Assembly: GCA_034423235.1 (NCBI GenBank)
Contig: DAOUIX010000058.1
Span: 10,484-74,483, forward strand
DNA from: Chloroflexota bacterium
GTDB lineage: Bacteria; Chloroflexota; UBA11872
DNA: 64,000 nt
Direction of reading: 5' to 3'
Part shown: in pieces, positions 1 to 9,927 of the stretch
Numbering within the stretch: position 1 is the first letter of the stretch
Layout of the letters: every line of letters starts with the position of its first letter
Program-made: the position numbers and the translations under genes
Notes under the pieces: generated by a model
What the model saw: only the letters and a program-made list of their open reading frames with translations
What the model was told of the DNA's origin: nothing
Database searches by the model: none

Positions 1-798
1 CTCCATCGTATCGATCAGCTCGTTGACCGAGGCCGTGGGTCCGCTCCCGATGTTGAAAGTCTCGCCGATCGGTAGTTCATCGAGCACGCGAACCTGCGCA
101 TCGACCGCATCAGCCACATATGTGAGCTCCCGCGTTTGCTCGCCGTCGCCGTAGATCGTGATCGGTTGGCCGGTGGCGATGGCCCTCAGTCCGATGTGCA
201 CGAGCATGTCGGGCCGCTGCCGGGGCCCGAACAGCGTGTAGTACCGAAGCATGACTACCGGCAGACCAAACAGCCGGTGGTAGGAACTGAGCAAGTGTTC
301 ATCCAGCAACTTGGTCATGGCGTAGAACGAACGCGGCTCAAGTTCGTGGTCCTCGGGCGTCGGCATCCTGGGATTGAAGCCGTAAATCGAAGACGTTGAG
401 GCGAAGCTGAAGAGTTTGACGCCGGCGCGCAACGCGGCGTCCGCCAGCCGCTGCGTCGAGCGGCTGTTGTCCTGCATATATCGCTGAAAGTTTGTCGGTG
501 TCCAGCCCTCGCGGACGCCGGCACGGGCCGCGAGGTGAAACACGTATTCCACACCTTCGACCACCTGGTCCAACTCAAGCTCGGCGTCCAAGAGGTGAGC
601 CTCGACGAACTCGAAATCCTCGTGCTGGCGGAGCGTCTTGAGATTCGCCCGCTTCTGCTCAAGGTCGTAGCTATCGGTCATCCCATCGAGACCGATGACT
701 CGATGGCCTCGCGCAAGCAGCGACTCGCAGAGATGGGACGCAATGAATCCGGATGCCCCTGTGACGAGCGTTACCGGACGGCTGCTTCCCTGTGGCAT
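1..798 (-). CDS. NAD-dependent epimerase/dehydratase (UDP-glucuronate 4-epimerase-like), 3' end runs off the window
   Basis: Own reverse-complement translation from ATG at c(796-798): MPQGSSRPVTLVTGASGFIASHL... (Rossmann GxxGxxG), then LDGMTDSYDLEQKRANL and HLAARAGVREGW, which resemble UDP-GlcA 4-epimerase/GalE-family motifs. No stop in window, so absent from the ORF track. Confidence 0.8.
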   Translation of the reverse strand, partial: MPQGSSRPVTLVTGASGFIASHLCESLLARGHRVIGLDGMTDSYDLEQKRANLKTLRQHEDFEFVEAHLLDAELELDQVVEGVEYVFHLAARAGVREGWTPTNFQRYMQDNSRSTQRLADAALRAGVKLFSFASTSSIYGFNPRMPTPEDHELEPRSFYAMTKLLDEHLLSSYHRLFGLPVVMLRYYTLFGPRQRPDMLVHIGLRAIATGQPITIYGDGEQTRELTYVADAVDAQVRVLDELPIGETFNIGSGPTASVNELIDTME

Positions 799-867
799 CA
801 AATCCCCGCGTGAAGAAAGCGCGCCGGCCGCGCGCTGCGAAAGTATATCGGCGAGCCAATCGCCGCG

Positions 868-2004
868 TTACGCGGCGGCGTCGCGAATGACTGACGCATA
901 GAGGGCGCGCGTTGCGGCACGCATACCCTCCAAGTCGAACACTTCGGTCGCGTGCCGTCGCGCGCCGGAGCCCATTCGCGCCCGGCGCTCCGTATCGAGC
1001 AGGACCGACGTCAATTCAGAAGCCAGCGCTTGCTCGTCTCCCTGGGGAACGAGCAATCCGGTCTTGTTGTGCTCCACGATTTCGGGAACGCCTCCAACGG
1101 CCGTCGCCACAACTGGCCGACTGGCCATTGCGGCTTCCATCACCACGAGTCCCAGGCCTTCCCAGTCCGATGCCAGCACGACAACGTCTGCGGCGGCCAT
1201 CAGGTTGGGGATGTCCGCGCGCACACCCAGCCACCTCACCGCATCGCGCAGGTCCAGATCGACAGCTAGCTGGAGCAACCGCGCCCGGTACGCGGGTCCG
1301 CCCAATTGGGTCTCGCCAGCGCAGAGCAACTGGGCGTTACCGAGCTCTCGGCGGACGCGCGCAAACGCCCGCAGAAGCATGTCGTGGCGCTTCTGTGGAT
1401 CGAGACGCGCAGGGCAGAGAATGACTGGCACGTCCGCCTCAACTCCGAGCCTCTGGCGCGCGACCATGCGACTCAGTCCGGTGAAAGGCGTGGGATCCAG
1501 CCCGTATCGAATGACCTCCAGCCGGTCTCGCGGAACGCCAAGCTGCTGGTTCGCCCAACGAGCGACCGCTTCGGAAATGGCGATCGTGCGCCTCGTGGGA
1601 CGTGTCGCCAGCGCGTGAAGGGCGCGCGCCGACGCCGATTCAAGCCGCGTTTCGATGTTGTGCTTGGTGGACACGATGGCACTGACGCCGGCCACCCGCG
1701 CCGCCAGCGCGCCATACATGTCGGCACGCAGCAGGTGCGTATGCACCAAGACATAGCGATCGCGCTTGATCTGCGCCGCCAGCCGGGGCAGATGGACAGC
1801 GCCGAAGGGACCAGCCATGGGAATGTGCGACATGCCATCAACGCAGGCCTCAAATTCCGAGCGCAGGTCGTGATCGCGAAAGTAGACAAGGTCAATCTCT
1901 GCAAACTCGCGTAGGCCGGGAAGCAATTCCAGCAAGTGCCGCTGGGCGCCACCGACCGCCAGCGATGTCACGACTTGGAGAACGCGTGGTCGGCGTTTCG
2001 TCAC
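868..2004 (-). CDS. glycosyltransferase family 4 (GT-B)
   Basis: 378 aa ORF. N-terminus LQVVTSLAVGGAQRHLLEL is typical of GT4; ATGA overlap with the upstream gene. Confidence 0.8.
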   Translation of the reverse strand: MTKRRPRVLQVVTSLAVGGAQRHLLELLPGLREFAEIDLVYFRDHDLRSEFEACVDGMSHIPMAGPFGAVHLPRLAAQIKRDRYVLVHTHLLRADMYGALAARVAGVSAIVSTKHNIETRLESASARALHALATRPTRRTIAISEAVARWANQQLGVPRDRLEVIRYGLDPTPFTGLSRMVARQRLGVEADVPVILCPARLDPQKRHDMLLRAFARVRRELGNAQLLCAGETQLGGPAYRARLLQLAVDLDLRDAVRWLGVRADIPNLMAAADVVVLASDWEGLGLVVMEAAMASRPVVATAVGGVPEIVEHNKTGLLVPQGDEQALASELTSVLLDTERRARMGSGARRHATEVFDLEGMRAATRALYASVIRDAAA

Positions 2005-3221
2005 GTGCGGCTGGACAACACAGCGTCGTACCGGGCGAGCGTCTGCTCGACCTGCCGTTGGAGTGAAAACGCCGATGCGGCGCGCTGCTGACCCGCCTCG
2101 CCCAGTCGTTGTGCATGCTGTGGATCACTCACGATGAGGTCCAACCGATCGGCTAAGGCCAACGCATCGTTGGGATCAATGGTGTACCCCCAGGCGCCAT
2201 CCGTCACGATCTCTGGACCGGCGCCAAGCGTGGACGCAATGACTGGGCGACTTGCCGCCATCGATTCGATAATCGTCAGATTGAACGGGTCGGGGTAGGT
2301 CGAAGGCGCCAAGGTCACCGTCGCGGCGGCGTAGGCGTCGCGTAGCGCCTCTGGCTCCATCCAGCCCGGCAACAGAAGGCGGTCACCCACGCCTAACTCG
2401 TCAGCCAGCCGCTGCAGCTTGGGCGCATAGCGCGGGTTCTCACCGGCGATCATCAGGCGCAGGTGGGGATGTTGCGAATGCGCCAGTGCGTGCAGCGCCG
2501 CCTCGGCGCCCTTCTCTCGCGAAACGCGCGCGGCCAGCAGCGCCAGCGGCGCCCCATCCAGCCCATGGGCCGAGCGAAACGCCGCGCCATCGCCACCGCC
2601 CCACCAGTCCAGGTCTACCCCGTTGTAGACGACCTCGGCGCCTCCGAAGCCGTTGGCACGCAATGCAGTCTGCAGCGTCCGGCTGATGGCGAAGAGGTGA
2701 CTTACGTGCTTCGCCATGTGGTGGTCAATCACAACGTTGCGAGCCGGGTTCCAGCGGAAGCGCTGGCACTTGGCGCAGTTGAACCAGCGCTGGCGGAAGT
2801 CGACGGGTCCCCCCGTACAAATGAACTTGATGCAGCAAAAGAGTAGGTAGTCGTGGGCCGTGTAAAGCACCGGCACCCCAAGGCGCGCCGCCGCGGACAG
2901 CGTCGCGAATGACAGGTGCTGATGCACATTGTGCGCGTGGACAAGTTCAGGCCTGAAGTCAGCCAGTTCACGACGCACGCCTGGCAGGACCATCGGGTTG
3001 GCCATGGCCACGGTGTTGCGAAACCGCTCCGGATAGCGCGATCGCAGTCGCCGCACGCGCACGCCGTCCTGCTCTTGAATCGATCCTCGCCCCGACGTGG
3101 TGGAAACAACACACACGTCGTGCCCTTCCCGAACAAACGCGCCGGCCAGGCGCTCTACCACCACACCGGCTCCGCCCCGGTTGTCGGGGGGATAGGTATC
3201 GGCCAGTAAGGCGATTCGCAT
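2001..3221 (-). CDS. glycosyltransferase family 4
   Basis: 406 aa. MRIALLADTYPPDNRGGAGVVVERLAGAFVREGHDVCVV is a typical GT4 N-domain. Confidence 0.8.
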   Translation of the reverse strand: MRIALLADTYPPDNRGGAGVVVERLAGAFVREGHDVCVVSTTSGRGSIQEQDGVRVRRLRSRYPERFRNTVAMANPMVLPGVRRELADFRPELVHAHNVHQHLSFATLSAAARLGVPVLYTAHDYLLFCCIKFICTGGPVDFRQRWFNCAKCQRFRWNPARNVVIDHHMAKHVSHLFAISRTLQTALRANGFGGAEVVYNGVDLDWWGGGDGAAFRSAHGLDGAPLALLAARVSREKGAEAALHALAHSQHPHLRLMIAGENPRYAPKLQRLADELGVGDRLLLPGWMEPEALRDAYAAATVTLAPSTYPDPFNLTIIESMAASRPVIASTLGAGPEIVTDGAWGYTIDPNDALALADRLDLIVSDPQHAQRLGEAGQQRAASAFSLQRQVEQTLARYDAVLSSRT

Positions 3222-3253
3222 TTGGCTCGGCCCGAGGGAGGAGTGGCGCGATT

Positions 3254-4324
3254 CTAGGCGGTGTAGGCCGCCAGACAGCGATCTGCCACCGCGGACCAGG
3301 TAAAGCGGCCCACAACATGCTCACGAGCGACCTTGCCCTGCGTCCCCGCCTGGTCGATTGAAGCCGCCAGTGGCGTTAGTGCGCGACGCAGTCCCTCCGG
3401 ATCGCTCGGGGGGACGATGATCCCGCCAACTTGGGGAATGATCTCGGGCATTCCGGCCACGTCCGAAACCACAGCCACGGTCCCGCAGGCCATGGCTTCC
3501 AGCGGCGCCAGCCCCACCAGTTCCGGCAACGGATGATGGCGACCACGGTAATCCTCGTAGACCGATGGCATGACAAATGCGCAGGCCGACTGCATTGCGG
3601 CAATTACCTCCGCATCCGATGCCCCGATGTGTATCCGCACGCGACGCTCCGCCGCCTCTGACCGAATGAACTGGAGATAGTCCGTGTCGTAAGGACGCCC
3701 AAACACGTCGAGCGACGCACCGGACGGCAACCCTCGAATCGCTGTTTCGATGCCCTTGTGCGGCAGCAAGCGACCCACGTATACGACGCTGCCGGGTGTT
3801 TTTTCAGTACCGGGTGCGTACTTGGACGTATCAACGCCTGCGTAAATGACTTCCGTTCGCCGCCCCACATACGGAAGCGTGGCAGCCGCGAACTCGCTCT
3901 GTGCCAACTGACCGTCAATCCAGCGACCAATGCGTAGACGGCGAACCCAGTTCACGCCACCGCCACCGTGGTCGGTAACGAAGACGCGCTTGCCCAGCGG
4001 ACGTCCGAGCAGCGTGGTCAGTGCCGCGAGACCTGATCTGGCCTGGTGGCAATGGACGACATTGGCCCAGGCGAGGGCGCCCAGAAATCCCGGACCGATC
4101 GCGTCGTAGCGGCGTCCACGGAGCCGCCGCCAGGTTCGATGCACCTCAATATCGAATCCATCCACACGGCGGATCCCGGGCTGATCGCCGAACGAGACCA
4201 GGCGCGTCGGTGTGCGTCGGCGCAGGGCGATGGCCAACTCCAGCGGATAGCGCTCACCACCGCCGCGCACCGATTCGTCGCCGAACCAGGTTGGCGACAG
4301 ATGCAGGACGCGGAGGTCGCTCAC
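3254..4324 (-). CDS. glycosyltransferase family 4
   Basis: 356 aa. LRVLHLSPTWFGDESVRGGGERYPLELAIAL and a C-terminal GT-B domain. Confidence 0.75.
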   Translation of the reverse strand: MSDLRVLHLSPTWFGDESVRGGGERYPLELAIALRRRTPTRLVSFGDQPGIRRVDGFDIEVHRTWRRLRGRRYDAIGPGFLGALAWANVVHCHQARSGLAALTTLLGRPLGKRVFVTDHGGGGVNWVRRLRIGRWIDGQLAQSEFAAATLPYVGRRTEVIYAGVDTSKYAPGTEKTPGSVVYVGRLLPHKGIETAIRGLPSGASLDVFGRPYDTDYLQFIRSEAAERRVRIHIGASDAEVIAAMQSACAFVMPSVYEDYRGRHHPLPELVGLAPLEAMACGTVAVVSDVAGMPEIIPQVGGIIVPPSDPEGLRRALTPLAASIDQAGTQGKVAREHVVGRFTWSAVADRCLAAYTA

Positions 4325-5142
4325 AACGACCGCTCGGCCACGATGAGGTATCCCCCGGGATCTTCAACCGGACGCCGGAATGGTCGCCAGAGGAGTGCCG
4401 TCCACAGGGCGACCCAAAGCGTCGGTGGCACGAGTCGCCGACGCTGTAGACCCCGAAACCAGTCGAGCACTCGGCGTCCGCCTACGCGCCGGACCATGAG
4501 CTCATCGAGCCGCCTCCAGGTTCGCTGTGTCGCCGCCGGCAGGTGACCCCGGCTTTCAACCACCGTCAGGCCGACTTCCGCCAAACGCGCCGTCCAGTCC
4601 TCCAGCGACCGATAGTGAAAATGGCCCAGACGAGTGTTCGTGGCCGTCAAGGCTTCGCTGCCCGACTCGGCCTCGATGCGGGCTGCAAATGCAGGCGCCG
4701 GCACCGTAAACACCAGACGCCCGCCGGGATGCAAGATCCTGGCGGCCTCCCTGACCGCGCCCAGGTCATCCGGGATGTGCTCCAGGACGCTGTGGCTGTA
4801 GACGGCGCCGTAGGCGGCCGAAGCTAGTGGAAGGCCTGTGCCGTCCGCTCGCATGACGGTCCGGTAGACCCCGGATGCATGGGCGACTTGAGCTTCAGTT
4901 GAAACGAGTTCCAGCCCATCAATGGGCCAGTGCGACCGCAGCACGTAGCGCGCGACTTCGCCGGTTCCGCAACCCAGGTCAAGCACGGGTGCGGCGAATG
5001 CGACACCCCGAAGCATGGCGAATTCGGTGGCGCGCCAGAGCGCGATGGCTGGCTGGTGCAGGTGCGCGCGCAGGGCCAGCTTCAGAACGTCGGCATCGCT
5101 GCGAGCCACAAGTGCCGTAGGAAATCTAGCGTCACTCATCAA
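4321..5142 (-). CDS. class I SAM-dependent methyltransferase (Methyltransf_11-like)
   Basis: 273 aa. LDLGCGTG SAM motif I, and HSVLEHIPDDL...GGRLVFTVP motifs II/III. Confidence 0.8.
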   Translation of the reverse strand: MMSDARFPTALVARSDADVLKLALRAHLHQPAIALWRATEFAMLRGVAFAAPVLDLGCGTGEVARYVLRSHWPIDGLELVSTEAQVAHASGVYRTVMRADGTGLPLASAAYGAVYSHSVLEHIPDDLGAVREAARILHPGGRLVFTVPAPAFAARIEAESGSEALTATNTRLGHFHYRSLEDWTARLAEVGLTVVESRGHLPAATQRTWRRLDELMVRRVGGRRVLDWFRGLQRRRLVPPTLWVALWTALLWRPFRRPVEDPGGYLIVAERSL

Positions 5143-6181
5143 TGGCGTTTTCGATCAACTGCCGCATCCGAATCTCGTAGGTGTGGTCGCGTTCCACGCG
5201 ACGTTTACCGGCGATCGTGATTGCACGACGTGTCGCCTCGTCATTCAGATGGCGCTCGATGGCTGTCGCCACATCGTCGGCGTCTCTGTAGACGGCAAGC
5301 TCGGTTCCAACCTTGAAGAGATCGTCCATCCGAGCCTTGTAGTCCGTGAGCTGAAAGGCGCCGGCGGCCGGAATCTCAAAGGTCCGCATGTTTGGACCTT
5401 CGCGCATCTGTGCATGGTGGACATTGAGCACGATCTTGGCGCCGCGGTAGGCGCGCCCGACGGCGGCTGCGGGAAGCAGGGTCAGACCTCGATGCGCCTC
5501 GCGAACGCGATAGGGCGCCTCCAACTTCTCCCAGCCTCGGCCCCATACCGCCAGATTCACGCCCGAACGTGCAACGGCCTCCAGAATTTCAACCCTGGAT
5601 CGACTGGACGGGAGATGCCCCATGTTGTGCCGCGCATCGCCGACGAAGATGACGTCGATCGAATCTTCGTCCGCGTCATCACCGGCCCACGCGGCCGGAT
5701 CCACGGCGTGCGGCATAAACCTCGCCTGCACACCGCGCGGTTCCAGATCGTGAGCGTACGTCGGATCGGCCAGATAGAAGCGGTCGTAGAGGTGCGCGGC
5801 CCCGATGATGTTGGGGAACCAACTCGGGTCGTCGCCACACCATTGCGCGACCGGTCCGCCGGTCACGTTCCGCAGGCGACCGATGGTTTCCGGCAGCAAG
5901 ACCTCGCCCTTGAGAATCAGCGTGAACTCGGGCCGCAGTTCGGCCGCCAGCCGGAGCGCATCCAAGTTGTCGGCTTGTGCCGCCTGAAACACCCGCGCAA
6001 TGTGGAATCGGTCGGGCCCGGTCCACCGACGTCGAACTCGTCCCCAGGCTCCAACCGGTCGATCAAGCCGCTCGCTATAGCGGTAGGTCCGAACGTCGTG
6101 ACCAGCGTCGCGCAGCCCCTGACTGCAGTATTCGGTCCAGCGTCCGGTATCCCAATACGGACCGATCAGCAGGACGCGCAT
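5132..6181 (-). CDS. CgeB-family / GT1-like glycosyltransferase
   Basis: 349 aa. C-terminal NMRTFEIPAAGAFQLTDY...AVYRDADD resembles the CgeB/Glyco_trans_1_2 C-domain. Confidence 0.6.
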   Translation of the reverse strand: MRVLLIGPYWDTGRWTEYCSQGLRDAGHDVRTYRYSERLDRPVGAWGRVRRRWTGPDRFHIARVFQAAQADNLDALRLAAELRPEFTLILKGEVLLPETIGRLRNVTGGPVAQWCGDDPSWFPNIIGAAHLYDRFYLADPTYAHDLEPRGVQARFMPHAVDPAAWAGDDADEDSIDVIFVGDARHNMGHLPSSRSRVEILEAVARSGVNLAVWGRGWEKLEAPYRVREAHRGLTLLPAAAVGRAYRGAKIVLNVHHAQMREGPNMRTFEIPAAGAFQLTDYKARMDDLFKVGTELAVYRDADDVATAIERHLNDEATRRAITIAGKRRVERDHTYEIRMRQLIENAIDE

Positions 6182-7323
6182 GCCTGCTCGATCGCGTGCC
6201 AGACACTGCGTCCGGCAGCGTCCCAGGTGAAGCCGGCGGCTCGTTTCAGACCGCGGGCAATCAGGTCTCCGCGCAGATTGGCATCGCTCGTAACCCGAAC
6301 GAGCGCTTCCGCAACCTCGTCGAGGTTGTCGGGATCCACGGGTAGACCGGCGTCACCAACAACCTCAGCCAGGCCCGCATCGTTCGCGACGACGACCGGC
6401 ACTCCCGTTGCCATGGCTTCGAGCGCCGGCATTCCGAAACCCTCGGCTGTAGCCAGGCTCACGAATCCTCGAGCGCCCGCCATCACTAGCGGAAGGTCGC
6501 TGGCGGGCACGCGACCAAGGTAGTGAACCGCATGCGATCCTGCGCTCGCCATTGCCTGTAGTGACTCGTCGGACCGCCAGCCATCTCCACCCGCAACGAT
6601 GAGCAGGTCGGACAGCCCAGCGTCGCGGGCTCGCATCACGGCCTGGACGAGCCGTGGAATGTTCTTTCGCGGCTGAATGGTCCCGACGAACAGGAGGTAG
6701 GGTGAATCCAGACCGTGGCGACTGAGACACGCCGCAATATCCCCTGGGGCATGGTCACTGTGAAAGCGCGTTTGATCACAACCATGTCGGGCAACGATCA
6801 CCTGATCGGGCGATACGCCATAGGTTTGAACGACGTCTTGGGCAACGGTCTCCGAGACAGTGATGATTGACCGGGCCGAGTGGACGTTCAGCGCTGTCCA
6901 GCGGTCCAATTCAGCCAATTCAGGCGCGCCAAAGTTTGATGGAGCGTCGTCATGTGCAAACGCGAGGTCGTGGACGATGGCCACCCGTGTGCGCACGCCA
7001 AACGCGGGCGGCGGCTCGTGCGCGCTCTGCACGTATGCGTCCCACCTGCTCCAGCAGCCCTCCAGACCTAACCGTACGCGATACCACGGATCGCCCCCAG
7101 ACGCGGCTCGTAGCATCCGGTTGCCACCTGGCAACGGCCGCAGCACCCGGAATCGGACTCCCGGTTCGGCGGGCTGCGGGAATCGCGGCGCCGCATCCGC
7201 CAGCAGCTCCAGCGAATGGCCGGGATTCGTTCCGGCCATTCCAGCGATGAGCCCACGCATGCTCTCGCCTGCCCCGTCCGGAATCCCGAGATTTGCGTTT
7301 CGAATGTTAAGAGCTATGCGCAT
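6166..7323 (-). CDS. glycosyltransferase family 4
   Basis: ORF 6166-7365. Probable start at the internal Met (MRIALNIRNANLGIPDGAGESMRGLIAGMAG), which leaves a 7-nt gap after the flippase stop. C-terminal EGFGMPALEAMATGVPVV is the GT4 signature. Confidence 0.75.
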   Translation of the reverse strand: MRIALNIRNANLGIPDGAGESMRGLIAGMAGTNPGHSLELLADAAPRFPQPAEPGVRFRVLRPLPGGNRMLRAASGGDPWYRVRLGLEGCWSRWDAYVQSAHEPPPAFGVRTRVAIVHDLAFAHDDAPSNFGAPELAELDRWTALNVHSARSIITVSETVAQDVVQTYGVSPDQVIVARHGCDQTRFHSDHAPGDIAACLSRHGLDSPYLLFVGTIQPRKNIPRLVQAVMRARDAGLSDLLIVAGGDGWRSDESLQAMASAGSHAVHYLGRVPASDLPLVMAGARGFVSLATAEGFGMPALEAMATGVPVVVANDAGLAEVVGDAGLPVDPDNLDEVAEALVRVTSDANLRGDLIARGLKRAAGFTWDAAGRSVWHAIEQACASC

Positions 7324-7330
7324 TACGCCC

Positions 7331-8800
7331 TTAGGCGGCGGCTGCTCGTTGTCGCCGCAGCGCACCCACTTCAGAGCGTGCGTCGCGGTCTATGAGATAA
7401 AGCAGACCGATGTAGACGAGGACAACCACGACCCCGCCCTGAATGAGCAGCACCGCGTCCGTGAGGAGCGGCAGCAGAACCAGGCGTCCAAATGCGCCAG
7501 CGACGACCGCCGCCAACAGGGGCCGCGCGAGACGATGAATAAGCCGCAGGTCAAACTCGCGACGTGCAATAGCCAGCAGCACCAGTGCCGCCAGGCCCTG
7601 AGACACAGTCAACGCAATTGGAACCGACATGAATCCAACGCCGGCGGCCATCAGAACCACAGCGAACGCCCAGGCGACCACGGCCCACACAATGGCAACG
7701 CCAAGCACGATCTTAGTCTTGCCAATGGCATTGAGGATAGGAGTGATCAGGCCGTTGATTGGAACCAGCGCCGCGTTCACTGATAGTACGTAGAGGGCAG
7801 GGATTGCCGGCAGCCATTGCTCCCCGTAGATCAAGCTGGCGATTTCGGGTCCGAAAGCCAGGACGGCCGCGAACACGGGCAATGTGACGATGGCGTTCCA
7901 CTTAAGGGTGAGTTCCGCGCCGCGTCGAACCTGGTCCGGCGCATCCTGAATCCGCGCAAACGTTGGCAGGCTCACGCGGGCCACCAGTTGCGTCATGACG
8001 AGTGGCTGCGAGGACACTCGGTTTGCCCAGCTCAGCAAGCCGGTTGATGTAGCCCCGAACGCACGCGGAGCAAACAGTGGGATCAGCGAGTCCTTAAGCG
8101 TGAGCGCCAGGCGTCCTCCCTGAAAACGTGCGCCGAAGTTCACATGCGGGGTCAGCACCCCAAGCCTGTGCGTTGGCACTGGCCACCAGGGCCGAGCGGC
8201 GGCGACCGCCAGCGTGGACGCGATACTCGCCGTCACGTGCGCAATCACGAGGCTCCACACCCCGGCGGCGCCGATCGCGAACCCGATACCGACGCTGTAG
8301 TAGACCAGGGTGCCCGCAATGTCGGCGGCGGCCAGTCGGCCGAACCTCAGATGGCGTTCCAGCAACGCGGCGGGAACGATTCGGAATGCTGAAAAGAACA
8401 GCGGAAGACTGAAAACCCGGGTCATCCATGGGTCAATGTCGTCATTGAGCAGACCGTTGACGATGAAGGGTCCGGCCACGAACACCACCGCCGCCCCGAC
8501 CGACACCAAAACGAGTTGTCCGGAAAACACGGCCCGCAGGTCGCGGTGCTCGGGTTCGGGACCACGCTGAATAAGGCTGGGTTGCAGACCGAGATCGGCG
8601 AACTGCTTGACGAGCCCGGCAAGGAAGGCGATCGGCACGATGACCCCAAAGTCCGCTGGCGTCAGCAGGCGATAGAGGGCGATGGTTCCTAGCAGCGCCA
8701 CGATCTTCATGCCGCCTTCGCGAATACCGAGTGAGACGACGCCGCGGATGGCCCGCTCGCTGAGACTGCCGGCGGCTGTCGCCGCCTGGCTTCCTGTCAC
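7331..8800 (-). CDS. Wzx-like oligo/polysaccharide flippase (MOP superfamily, polysacc_synt family)
   Basis: 489 aa, ~12-14 predicted TM segments. N-terminal region ...LIQRGPEPEHRDLRAVFSGQLVL resembles Wzx/RfbX. Confidence 0.7.
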   Translation of the reverse strand: MTGSQAATAAGSLSERAIRGVVSLGIREGGMKIVALLGTIALYRLLTPADFGVIVPIAFLAGLVKQFADLGLQPSLIQRGPEPEHRDLRAVFSGQLVLVSVGAAVVFVAGPFIVNGLLNDDIDPWMTRVFSLPLFFSAFRIVPAALLERHLRFGRLAAADIAGTLVYYSVGIGFAIGAAGVWSLVIAHVTASIASTLAVAAARPWWPVPTHRLGVLTPHVNFGARFQGGRLALTLKDSLIPLFAPRAFGATSTGLLSWANRVSSQPLVMTQLVARVSLPTFARIQDAPDQVRRGAELTLKWNAIVTLPVFAAVLAFGPEIASLIYGEQWLPAIPALYVLSVNAALVPINGLITPILNAIGKTKIVLGVAIVWAVVAWAFAVVLMAAGVGFMSVPIALTVSQGLAALVLLAIARREFDLRLIHRLARPLLAAVVAGAFGRLVLLPLLTDAVLLIQGGVVVVLVYIGLLYLIDRDARSEVGALRRQRAAAA

Positions 8801-9927
8801 TTCGGTGCTTCCAGGCGTTGGCCCAGCGCCCGGGCATACACGTCCAGTAGCCGCTGCGTGGAGCGACGCCAGGTCATTTCGTCAGCACGACGGCGCGCAC
8901 CGGACGCAAGAGCGTTCCACCTACTTGTGTCTGTGAGGATGGTGCGAAGGGCCTCGGTGAGAGCTGGCACGTCATTGGGCGGAACGAGAAAACCGTTCCC
9001 ACCGTGGGCTACTGGCTCTTCGGCTCCAGAGTCGAGAGTGCTTACGACCGGCGTCCCACACGCGTTGGCCTCCAGCAGGACCAGTCCGAACCCATCGAAG
9101 TCCGAACCCGACAGGCGGTAAGGCATGGTGACGACCCTTGCCCGGTGATACCAGTCCACGAGTTCTTCGTGGCTGACGGAACCGGTAAGCGTCACGTGTG
9201 CGCCAAGCCCCAATTCGTCGATTCGGGCGCGCAGACGTGCCACGTATGGCGACCTCGGCTCGCACAGGCCAACAATCACGTAACGGTTCGCGGCGCCTTC
9301 GGCCCTGAGACGGGCAAATGCTTCCAGAGCCAGGTCATAGCCCTTGCGCGGCTTGCTCTCGCCGACCGAGACGATCAGACCCGGCTCACGCCGCGGCGGT
9401 TCGTCACGGTGAAAGTCCTCGGCCCGCACCGCCAGCGGCACGACACTGGCGCGACGCGCCCCCGAGTCGCTCTCCACCCTCTTGCGCGTATACCCGCTAT
9501 TCGCGGGCAATCCGCGCGCCCGACGAAGTGCCCAGCGCAGCGGAACGCGCTCGATTCGGGGCCGGCCCGACGTGATCGCATAGGTGCCGTGTAGCGATAT
9601 GAAGTATGGTCGCCGGCCGGCAGCCGCCGCCGCGGCAGGTGCGTAGGGCTCAATCATGCTGTGGATCACATCGACGCCGCGCAGAGCCCGACGTAGCGGC
9701 GGAAACGTGCGGTAGAAGACGCGCAATGGGTGGCGCCGGCCGTGCTGGAACGACGGGATCTCGTGGTGGTCGGGGTAGTCACGGAGATCGGGAAGCGTTG
9801 CCAGGCCACGGGGACTGATCAGGCGCACATCGACACCGGCTGCGATGAGTTCGCCGGCGAACTCGGCCGCGTAGCGCCCCCACCCGCTGGTTGGATCGAG
9901 CGCATCGCTGACCAGCGCCAGCTTCAC
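8797..9927 (-). CDS. glycosyltransferase family 4
   Basis: 376 aa. MKLALVSDALDPTSGWGRYAAEFAGELIAAGVDVRLI; 4-nt overlaps on both sides. Confidence 0.8.
   Translation of the reverse strand: MKLALVSDALDPTSGWGRYAAEFAGELIAAGVDVRLISPRGLATLPDLRDYPDHHEIPSFQHGRRHPLRVFYRTFPPLRRALRGVDVIHSMIEPYAPAAAAAAGRRPYFISLHGTYAITSGRPRIERVPLRWALRRARGLPANSGYTRKRVESDSGARRASVVPLAVRAEDFHRDEPPRREPGLIVSVGESKPRKGYDLALEAFARLRAEGAANRYVIVGLCEPRSPYVARLRARIDELGLGAHVTLTGSVSHEELVDWYHRARVVTMPYRLSGSDFDGFGLVLLEANACGTPVVSTLDSGAEEPVAHGGNGFLVPPNDVPALTEALRTILTDTSRWNALASGARRRADEMTWRRSTQRLLDVYARALGQRLEAPK

Noticed and set aside
5015-6523. 502-aa plus-strand ORF antisense to the CgeB-like and GT4 genes
   Set aside because: Long antisense ORFs are expected in ~70% GC DNA. 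The protein is low-complexity Arg/Ala/Pro-rich with no family resemblance, and the minus-strand genes have clear family signatures.
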